DNA of 63,803 nucleotides from Acanthaster planci (lineage: Eukaryota): contig NW_019091356.1 of assembly GCF_001949145.1 (NCBI RefSeq), positions 1,550,789 to 1,614,591 on the forward strand. The letters are read 5' to 3'. Below the pieces are notes generated by a model. The model saw only the letters and a list, made by a program, of their open reading frames with translations. It ran no database searches and was not told the origin of the DNA. Positions 54,481-63,803 of the stretch are shown here, in pieces. How positions within the stretch are numbered: position 1 is the stretch's first letter; each line of letters opens with the position of its first letter. The translations under genes were made by a program, and so were the position numbers.

Positions 54481-56852
54481 TACTTCCAATGTTTTGAATT
54501 AAATTGAACAACACAGATTATGTGCACCTTGCCCATTTGAAAAAATTGCCCCCCTCCCAATCAAGCCTATAAACGTCCACTTGTTATGGTCAAGTGCAAT
54601 AAAAGTTGATATACTATCATATTAAAGCTCTTCCAACTAAGTATTTCTATATGTACCATGTACACTTTGACCAATTAAAGTTGCTCCCTTCCCAACTAGC
54701 CAGTCCTACAAAAAAAGAGCTTGGTACAGTACAATAACAGCTGATATACAGCGATCTTGAAGCTATTTAAACAAAATATTTCTACCATGTACACTTTTNN
54801 NNNNNNNNNNNNNNNNNNNNNNNNNNNNNNNNNNNNNNNNNNNNNNNNNNNNNNNNNNNNNNNNNNNNNNNNNNNNNNNNNNNNNNNNNNNNNNNNNNNN
54901 NNNNNNNNNNNNNNNNNNNNNNNNNNNNNNNNNNNNNNNNNNNNNNNNNNNNNNNNNNNNNNNNNNNNNNNNNNNNNNNNNNNNNNNNNNNNNNNNNNNN
55001 NNNNNNNNNNNNNNNNNNNNNNNNNNNNNNNNNNNNNNNNNNNNNNNNNNNNNNNNNNNNNNNNNNNNNNNNNNNNNNNNNNNNNNNNNNNNNNNNNNNN
55101 NNNNNNNNNNNNNNNNNNNNNNNNNNNNNNNNNNNNNNNNNNNNNNNNNNNNNNNNNNNNNNNNNNNNNNNNNNNNNNNNNNNNNNNNNNNNNNNNNNNN
55201 NNNNNNNNNNNNNNNNNNNNNNNNNNNNNNNNNNNNNNNNNNNNNNNNNNNNNNNNNNNNNNNNNNNNNNNNNNNNNNNNNNNNNNNNNNNNNNNNNNNN
55301 NNNNNNNNNNNNNNNNNNNNNNNNNNNNNNNNNNNNNNNNNNNNNNNNNNNNNNNNNNNNNNNNNNNNNNNNNNNNNNNNNNNNNNNNNNNNNNNNNNNN
55401 NNNNNNNNNNNNNNNNNNNNNNNNNNNNNNNNNNNNNNNNNNNNNNNNNNNNNNNNNNNNNNNNNNNNNNNNNNNNNNNNNNNNCCCAATCAAGTCCGTT
55501 CTCTACACTAGCGCTTGTTACAGTCAATCCAAATCAATGATATACTACAACAATACATAAGCTATTTAAACAAAACATTTCTACCGTGACCACTTTCTAT
55601 CATGCAAAATAGAAGTGTAGGAGTGTCTTTTCAACTTGGGTTAATTCTACCGACATATTTTGTAAATTGTTAGACATGAGAATTGTAAACCTTTGATGAT
55701 TAATTAAATATTAGAAGCAAAGACTTGAAGTCATACCATGAGAAAAAAGATTTTCAGACAGTTAATTTATGTAATTCATTTGAGAAAAAAAACATGATAT
55801 ACATCCATAAAAATGGATGTGATGTTGAAACATTTCAAAGAATAAATGCTGATAAACCTTCTGTACCTTTTGAAACAGAATTTTAAAATGACTTTCGGCT
55901 TGGTATTTACACCATTGGCTTACATATTCACTTTGCAGAAAATGTTTTTCAATTTTCAAATTAACAAAGCAGTATTATTTTACACCATCCCCAAACCAAC
56001 AGGCAAAGTCGTTAAGAATTTCCAAATAAAATTCTCTCCACTTCCCCAGCCTCAGTTAGCACTAACGTCCTGTCATACAATGGCTCTTCTTGCTGTACGT
56101 GCAGCAGAAAGAAACTTGGTATTGAATAGCAATGTTAAAAATGGAAGAAATGTCACCATACAATCATTCTTTGTGTGTTTATTCTTATTCATTTTACATG
56201 CAAACACCAAAATCTTCATCAAAACATGACGTCATATAATGCACCAGACATCTTTTATGAATTTGAATGCTGTATATTGCATCACTTCTGGGGTGAAATC
56301 TTTGTTAAAATCTTTGATTTTTTTTTTTTGATCGCCAACTGAATACTCGGAATGTTCAACATCCTAAAAGAAAAGGCAAAGATAACAAATATGCAGCTCA
56401 AAGCATAAATTATGTCAAAAAATCACTTTCATAAAAGATAACTTTATATTTTCCCAAAAACTTGTTTACAGTTTGGTATTCATCTGCAAGTAGAAATGCA
56501 TCCAGATGAGTATACTCTAATGTTTTTATAGCTGTGTGGTTCATTTGCTACCCTACTGTTTATTAAGATGAACCCATAATTGCTCAGAATCTTTCCTTCT
56601 TTTTTTTTGGATTTGTGTTTTTCTTTTCTTTATTTTACAAATTTTGGGTGTATATGTATTTGCTGTCATATTTGTGAGTAGAATTGCAAGACATTTTTAA
56701 GTTGTTCCTGCTTTTCATTGGCAAATGTGAGGACAAGCCTTGCTATTAGCTGCAATGGTTTGCTGCTGTATCCACTGAATTGTGGGGGAAGAGGTTGTCA
56801 TAAAGTAGGCTGCTTGAATACCCCAAATCACCCTCACCATGACTGTTCAAGT

Positions 56853-58748
56853 TCACACTCTGTGATATGTTACTGTAGACTCTTCACCAGTCGTGACTAG
56901 TTTTCCATCAGGAGTGTACATGATTTCTCTTGAATTGTTTGCCATCTCGTCTGTGGAGATAGATCGGAGAAGTTTACCATTTGGGCTGTAGCAGTCAACT
57001 GCAGCTTTGTAAGAGTAATACTCGCTGTCATAGTACCAAGTACCAGCTCTGCAGTGGGTTGGTTGTGATGAACTAGATTTCAAAGATACAACTGTGTAGA
57101 TATCACCTGCTTTGTCACAGCACACCCCATAAGGACAGTTGGGATCACTAACATTTCTAATGTTAACTTGAAACTTCTTTTTACCTTCATAATCAACACT
57201 TATTAGCTGTTTCTTGTTGCTGTTGGTATAAATGATCTGTTGGTTGCTGATGGTCATGTAACTGTCAATCATTGGAGCAGGCAGTGTCCTGATGATGGAT
57301 CCGTCTGGGTTGTGGAGAGAGATTTGTTCCTTGTCCTTGTAGCCCACTGCTATCAGATTGTTGTCATCCACAGCAAGACATGTTGGTGTGCTGTCAATGT
57401 CTGCCTCTTCACCTGGTAAGAAGCAATTTAGCACCTTGTACTCCTTGTTAAGAATCTTGATCTCAGCTTGAGCCTCATTAAAGAGGACAATTAGATGGTC
57501 ATCCTTGTTGACGGCAATAGCAATGTGTGGATTTATTTTGAACACATGAACAATCTTGCTATCAGGACTAAGTCTAGTTATTTGGTTCATTTGTGTGTTG
57601 GCGATCACCATGTCACCTGTAGAGAAAGCTGCAATGAAGTGCCCTTTGATCTCTGATTTGCTGAACAATTGCCACTGCTCTTCTTCCAGGAGAGTTCCAA
57701 GGTTAACCACACTGTTCTCTTTGAAACTTATGAATGAGAGTTGGCGAGATAACTGTTCAGTTGTTTTGACACCTTTTAAGTCATGGAGGAGTTCTTCCCT
57801 GAACTTCAAGATTTTTCGGCGCTTTGCATCAGTCATCTTTCTGTCAACCATCTTCAACGTCTGCTCTGCTACCTCCATCTCAGCAATTTTTTTGGCTTTC
57901 TTTCTGTATATTACCTGAGCCATCTGTTTGAGTTGCTTTTCCTCTTGTTTTATTTGCCTTGTCTTCTTTTCTACAAATTGGGAAATGAGATCATTTGTTT
58001 CCTCTAGCATGATTCCTAGTCTGTCTCTTAATGACTTCCAACCAGTCACGATGTTCATATGGGCATTTACTCTGTAGTTCTCTCTTTTTTCTTGGGCATC
58101 CTGTAGACAGGTGTCAACAGCTTCTTTCAAATCAACAAACATGTGGGTGGGGTCCTTGTGACTTAAGGATGTACACTCTTTACAAATCAACATTTCACAA
58201 GTATGGCAGTAGAAGCACAGTTCTTTATTTGGATGGATTTTACACTTCGAGTCATCCTTCCAATGCACTGTGTTGGAGGCAGATTCCTTTAACTCAGAAA
58301 TTGGAGTAATTGTGTGATGTTTTAAAGCAGCCAACCGTTGATGTGCCATTTGACACTCCTGACACAAATCATGCTCACAATCCATGCAGTGAGCCATTGC
58401 CTCATTCTCCTCATCACATGATTGACATATGACCACTATGGACCTCTCAGATTTCAAGAGCTGTTCCTGCTTTGTGACTTCCTCCACCAGGGAAATTAGA
58501 GTGTAGTTGGTGTTCAACTTATCCACTCCACCTTCAGGTAAGTTGGTTTCTCTCTTGCACAGTGGACATGTTACCTTGTCATTATTGGGATGTTGGCTCT
58601 GCTTGAGTTCTTGGAGGCATTTCAGGCAGAAGCTGTGTGAGCAATGCAACATCTTGGGTTCTTGGTAACGCGTGTGGCAGATGGAGCATTCCAGGTGACC
58701 CTGGATGATGGAACTCCAAACTGACTCTGCAGTCACACTGGTCGCCAT
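56853..58748 (-). CDS. TRIM E3 ligase copy B (RING, B-box1, B-box2, coiled coil, NHL-like beta-propeller; TRIM56/TRIM2/3-like), 631 aa in one exon
   Basis: Uninterrupted ORF from ATG 58748 with a C3HC4 RING, two B-boxes, a helical K/E/Q-rich region and NHL-like repeats (PTCLAVDDNNLIAV, PYGVCCDKAGDIY). A ctgcag acceptor lies 6 nt upstream. A possible upstream exon ending ATG/GTGAGT at 59209 would add MIK in frame. No filamin domain is seen. Confidence 0.92.
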   Translation of the reverse strand: MATSVTAESVWSSIIQGHLECSICHTRYQEPKMLHCSHSFCLKCLQELKQSQHPNNDKVTCPLCKRETNLPEGGVDKLNTNYTLISLVEEVTKQEQLLKSERSIVVICQSCDEENEAMAHCMDCEHDLCQECQMAHQRLAALKHHTITPISELKESASNTVHWKDDSKCKIHPNKELCFYCHTCEMLICKECTSLSHKDPTHMFVDLKEAVDTCLQDAQEKRENYRVNAHMNIVTGWKSLRDRLGIMLEETNDLISQFVEKKTRQIKQEEKQLKQMAQVIYRKKAKKIAEMEVAEQTLKMVDRKMTDAKRRKILKFREELLHDLKGVKTTEQLSRQLSFISFKENSVVNLGTLLEEEQWQLFSKSEIKGHFIAAFSTGDMVIANTQMNQITRLSPDSKIVHVFKINPHIAIAVNKDDHLIVLFNEAQAEIKILNKEYKVLNCFLPGEEADIDSTPTCLAVDDNNLIAVGYKDKEQISLHNPDGSIIRTLPAPMIDSYMTISNQQIIYTNSNKKQLISVDYEGKKKFQVNIRNVSDPNCPYGVCCDKAGDIYTVVSLKSSSSQPTHCRAGTWYYDSEYYSYKAAVDCYSPNGKLLRSISTDEMANNSREIMYTPDGKLVTTGEESTVTYHRV

Positions 58749-61266
58749 CTTTATCTGCAGTTTCCAAATGTATTCAAAACAAAGCATGAATTGAAATGTG
58801 AATTTAGTCACAGCACCCAACCTCTTGAAGTGTACAAACTGATTTCATCAGAAAAATAAAAACACACAGGATTACACTCTGTCTTTTGGGATGTTGAAAA
58901 TAATTACTTTGTATTCATTGGGACATCTGAAATTGTACAAACATTATGCAAATTTCAGACATTTAAGCCATTGAGAGGTGCAGTGTGGACATTGGAGAGT
59001 ACGTTTTTCAATAATAGAGGATTTTAATGTCAAACAGAAATTGATCTATATACCATTTGTACATGTAGCATGATTCCAAAAGTGTTATAAACTCATGACA
59101 TTTTATTTTGACATTTTATCCATCCAATTCGTTTATTTCAGGTTACACTGTGGCCTGCTCCTGGATTGCAGTAAAATGGACTTATCATATCAAAAACTTG
59201 GCACTCACCATGGGACGATAACCACCTTTTCACAATCCTCAGAGGTATTTTCACAGTTTGTCTTTAACTGAGGTGGTTAGACCAAAGACTGAGCCACAAA
59301 GCAAAGCCACGGTTGTGTGCATGTACAGTTGTGTTCACCCGTGCAGTCACGCTAACCACTTGTGCCAAATCCTCTCTGAAAAGGTTTTCCAACACTTTCT
59401 TCTGGATGATTTTTCTTTCCAAGTAGTTGAATGAAGTAAGATTCTGCACAGCCCATGTACAACAGTGTAGATGTACATAACAAAACATTGGTACCTTGTA
59501 TGTGTACGCATACTCAGTCATTTACCAGGAAGCATTTGCTCTGCTAAAGTATGACATATACGCATTGCGTTGACCCTTGACTTGGGAGTGGTTTGTATCC
59601 AATTGCAGAATGACAAAGGCATTTTCAGATTTGATTGTTAGTAATCCATTCTGTACTTGTAACTCTGGAGGTTCTTCCTACTTCATTGGTCTTTTTCTAT
59701 TTCCCAAATGTGACATTTTCAGCGGCTGTGTATGCATATGTTTATCCCCATTGAAGCTTTTTAGGGATTTTTTCTCAGCTAGATCATCAGGCTAGCATGT
59801 TTGTGAAAAACTTTAGGCAAATATTTGATTCACCATATTGCTATATTCAAGTAATTTCCCTTGGATTGGCTGAAAATGAAGAGAGAGTTGTAATCAAGTC
59901 ATATTAGATTTCATTAGAACTGAATTAACTACACTTAATTGTTAAACAGCCATTTAACGTGTAATGTTTAAAGTTTAATATTCAGTATTCCATCCTCCAT
60001 TTCTGATGACTTGCATGTAGACTGGCTTTTTTCCCCCATGCTGCCTTGCAAACAAAATGTCATGCAGGACCTGCCTTTGCAAGAAAAATTTCATTCAAAT
60101 GAGCTCATAGCACTACTCTGACATTACGGACCCCTGAAAAAATATGATGTAATAATGAAATGAGCCATCATAATGCAAGTCTATCGAGGCAAATACAAAC
60201 AAAATTCCAGGTGGTCTTAAACTTTGCCAAATGACTGTACTAAGAAGAAAGTATACAGTTAATCTGAATAAATCTATCATTAAATGTGGTCTTCTCTACA
60301 CTTGTTTTGCACAGGTCAAAAATCTGCAATAAAGAATGAATTGTGATCAGGTCTCATTACAAGGCTTTAAAATAATTGACTTGTAATCCACTTGTGACCC
60401 AATTCCCAGTAATAAGGAAAGAGAACACTGCTTTTTGCTAAATCAGGCAAGATTATGGAAGTGTTGATACTGTAGGTTTCTGTTTGTGAAAATCTTTGTA
60501 AAATTTCATTTCATTTCCTTTTCAGCACTAAATATGGAAGATTCCTTTGTGAATGCTGCGACAACTGGATGGTTACCAAATCTCACAGCCTTTGTCTCCA
60601 AACATCTTCACTTCAGCTGAAAAGCTCACACTTGCAACTTTATCAGGTGAGTTTTCCCTTCTGTACTTCGAATGTTTATAATTAAACTGATCCACACAAA
60701 TTCTGCGCACCTTGCCATTTGAAAAAGTTGCTTCCAACCCAATCTAGCCTCTAAGCATCTATTTATTATAGTCAAGTACCAAAATAAATTCATGTTTAAT
60801 GATACATCATTCCAGCTGACAAACACATACAGTATCTTTTTTTCCCACAGCACTTTAAAAATTTGTGAGCGACACAAACTTTGAGTGGCAGTTACTGTAA
60901 AGCTTTCATCCATGAGATTTTGTGTGCATCTGAGATGAACTCAGCTTTATACTGATCAAGATAATGATAGAATTATATTTTAATGAATTACATAGGACTT
61001 GCCGAGGTTAAGAAGTTTGCAAGGCATAAAACTAGTGATTGATTGGGTTTGGGTTTGATTTTTTGGTGATAACTTGATGGTTCCTTTGTGTTATATTTGC
61101 ATTGAAACAAGTCTTGTACAGTGTATTTCTCTTGCATATTCTTAACAAAAAAGTTTACCATTTGTGTCATGAGGGCAATCATTACTGTTTCTGGTATTTT
61201 TTTCTGTTTCCTATGCACTTTTGATGTTCTTGTTCTATTTAGATACAGTGTACAGCATCAGGTTAA

Positions 61267-61828
61267 CCACTTGCCGCTGGGGTTTCCGGTACCAGACATG
61301 GTCTCCAAAATCAAAGGGAACTGGGCCTTGTAACAAAAGACTGTACTCAGAACAAAAGACCAGGCTGCTGGTAATTACCAATATTTTTTCACTCTCAATA
61401 CTGGCGATAATTCAGCCTTGTTTTGAAACAGTATACTACGGTTTGGGGCATTCAGTGCAAGCGGATTACCACCGGGGACAAAAGCACTCTACCACAGCAG
61501 CGATGAGCCACACAGCACCGCTGCACGCTAATCTGGCCCCTATTGAAAAGAGGTCAGCAGTGCACTGAGCCAGGTTCGTGAACAAAAGAAGGTTACATAA
61601 CACCACACAATCTAGGCTCTTTTTACAAGGCTGCAGGCCTGGCTGAAATAATTGGGCGTCCGAGTAGATTTTGTCTGTCAGATAAGAGTAGAACCAGACA
61701 GTCATTCGTGTGGGTGTAACCGTCCATTAATTGAAATGATGAATTTGTGAAGAATTTTGAAAACTGAAAATCTTGAAAATGTCCTGTTTGTGTGCACTGT
61801 ATTTTTCAAACCACCCGGCAGCAAGTGG
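61267..61828. mobile_element. Non-autonomous piggyBac-like element (TTAA TSD)
   Basis: TTAA|CCACTTGCCGCTGGG ... CCCGGCAGCAAGTGG|TTAA; TIRs match 13/15; no transposase ORF. Confidence 0.8.
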
Positions 61829-61988
61829 TTAAGCAGTACAGTATGCTGTGGAGTGTAGGTAACTACACTTCAAACCAACGCTAAAATAAGCTCTCCCTGA
61901 GTTAATGACATTTTTACTTGATTCAAATTCCCAACATGGTTCATTTAATAAAGAAAGTCTGATATTTAAGGAATTTCTTTACAAACAT

Positions 61989-62462
61989 CAAGGCTATAGC
62001 CTTGTGTTTTTATTCAGATTTGGGGCAANNNNNNNNNNNNNNNNNNNNNNNNNNNNNNNNNNNNNNNNNNNNNNNNNNNNNNNNNNNNNNNNNNNNNNNN
62101 NNNNNNNNNNNNNNNNNNNNNNNNNNNNNNNNNNNNNNNNNNNNNNNNNNNNNNNNNNNNNNNNNNNNNNNNNNNNNNNNNNNNNNNNNNNNNNNNNNNN
62201 NNNNNNNNNNNNNNNNNNNNNNNNNNNNNNNNNNNNNNNNNNNNNNNNNNNNNNNNNNNNNNNNNNNNNNNNNNNNNNNNNNNNNNNNNNNNNNNNNNNN
62301 NNNNNNNNNNNNNNNNNNNNNNNNNNNNNNNNNNNNNNCAACAAGGCCATAGCCTTGGCAGTTTTTATGATACATTTTCATTTGTAAACATTTTGCACAA
62401 ACACTAATTAAGTGTACATCAAAAGGAACTTTGCCATGAAAATTAGCAAGGCTATAGCCTTG
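61989..62462. repeat. Repeated 16-bp palindrome CAAGGCTATAGCCTTG around an N-gap
   Basis: Copies at 61989, 62342 (1 mismatch) and 62447, and a partial copy at ~62679. Confidence 0.7.
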
Positions 62463-63803
62463 TTGATGAAATTGTCTGATGGCTGGAACTTGAATTTTTA
62501 AGTTAAAAACTGCTTTCTGGCCTTAAAAGTCTTATGACTACCAATAAAGTACAAGCACATATCTCCATTGTGTTACGGTTTCCAAGGATTTTGAAATAAA
62601 ACAGTAATTGACATTCTGTGTAGCTTTTGAGAATAAACTAGAAGATTGTTAGCTTTCTTATTATGAAAAGACACTGAACTATAGCCTTATGTCTTTAGAA
62701 AACAATATTAATTTCCAAGATATGTCTTGCGTTAGGAAAATGTGAAATTTTAATGACAGGTTTTAATGATGGTGTAAGGGCAAAACCCAATATTAAAAAA
62801 TATCAATTTCAATTAAAACACTGGCATTGCACATTACAGAATTCATTGCATATAACTAACATTTTTCCTGAAATGAGGAAAATTAATAAACAAATAAAAA
62901 AATTAATATATTTTTTGTAGTTGAATCTATTATATGCACTCATTACACTTTACATATTCAGCATTTACACATATGTAAAAAAAAACAAAAATGCAGAAAG
63001 ACAATATGATACCTTGTCGCTTATTAATATCCATATTCCTTTTGAAGAACTGCATTTCCTAGCCTTTAGTTTTACCAATGAATTTCTTTTGGTGAACCGC
63101 TTTCAGAAGTAACATGATCATATCACACATCTGTAAAGATAAGTAGAACGTACATGTAGGACGTATAAAGTAGTAATGCGCCACTAGTGATGAGATTTCT
63201 GAGTAAGTCAGGATAACTTCGCTGGAATACACTTTTGATAACTAGTCTGCCACTTTCCTGTGACATGACATTTTCCACTGTTCAAACGCCAAGACATATA
63301 ATACATATTTACAAAATATTTCTTTAACAATTCAAATATATAACAGCCACAAGCGAAAAGGTTTAGAATTCAATTTGGCAAATGATTGTTAAGGTAAGCA
63401 GCACAGAAAAGACCGAGTAAATCTGCTTATAAATATTCATCCGACTCAATTGCACACAACAACTTATAAAATATTATGAAAAAGGCATTAATACAATAGC
63501 GGATGTAGATACAGACATTTTAATAGAAACATGATAAGGACTTGAAATTGTAGATGGCACCAGTGAAACATTGTGTGCAGCCACATTACTATACGACACA
63601 GTGTGAGCGTAATGAATGTTTCCACAGAATGTGCACAAAACTCCACTGTTCTTGCATAATACACAACAGGAAAAGTTAACCCCTTGATGATGGGAATTTC
63701 TTTCCGAAAACCGAAAATTCTCGGTTTGTGGCCCTGCGTGCTCAGCACGCTTTGAATTACAAGGTGAAAGGCTGATTGTTCGGTGGCATGCGGGCTCTAC
63801 TCA

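Larger units (their letters stand above)
42420..60780. repeat. Tandem segmental duplication (~10-11 kb unit) carrying the TRIM genes
   Basis: Colinear similar blocks by eye: 42426-42790 vs 53646-54014; 44104-44940 vs 55485-56350; TRIM A vs TRIM B; 50190-50820 vs 59560-60240; and 54018-54600 vs 60436-60780. Confidence 0.85.

Noticed and set aside
43296..62387. Long poly-X ORFs in the track
   Set aside because: Artefacts of N-gaps (43332-44103, 49066-49888, 54799-55484, 62029-62338).

Overview
AT-rich, intron-containing animal genomic DNA from a draft assembly with six N-gaps. An invertebrate deuterostome such as an echinoderm is my inference, not proven. Four protein-coding loci can be reconstructed by hand. 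(1) A 15-coding-exon R3HDM1/R3HDM2/ARPP21 (encore-family) RNA-binding protein gene on + (CDS 14527-28313, ~1327 aa: R3H, SUZ, polyQ/P-rich region, C-terminal RRM-like domain). (2) A 6-exon myosin essential light chain gene on + (35181-41474, 154 aa) with a CArG/TEAD-rich muscle-type promoter. (3,4) Two tandemly duplicated RING-Bbox-Bbox-coiled-coil-NHL-like TRIM genes on -, each with an essentially uninterrupted coding exon (45408-47785, frameshifted; 56853-58748, intact). The TRIM pair is the most interesting part. It is a mosaic of near-identical and strongly diverged blocks, and each copy has an unrelated loop (54 vs 24 aa) at the same site in the beta-propeller, which suggests a diversifying innate-immune receptor family. 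Several non-autonomous DNA transposons (piggyBac-like, Harbinger-like, CACTA-like, a nested palindromic MITE), SINE fragments and tandem repeats fill the introns and intergenic DNA.
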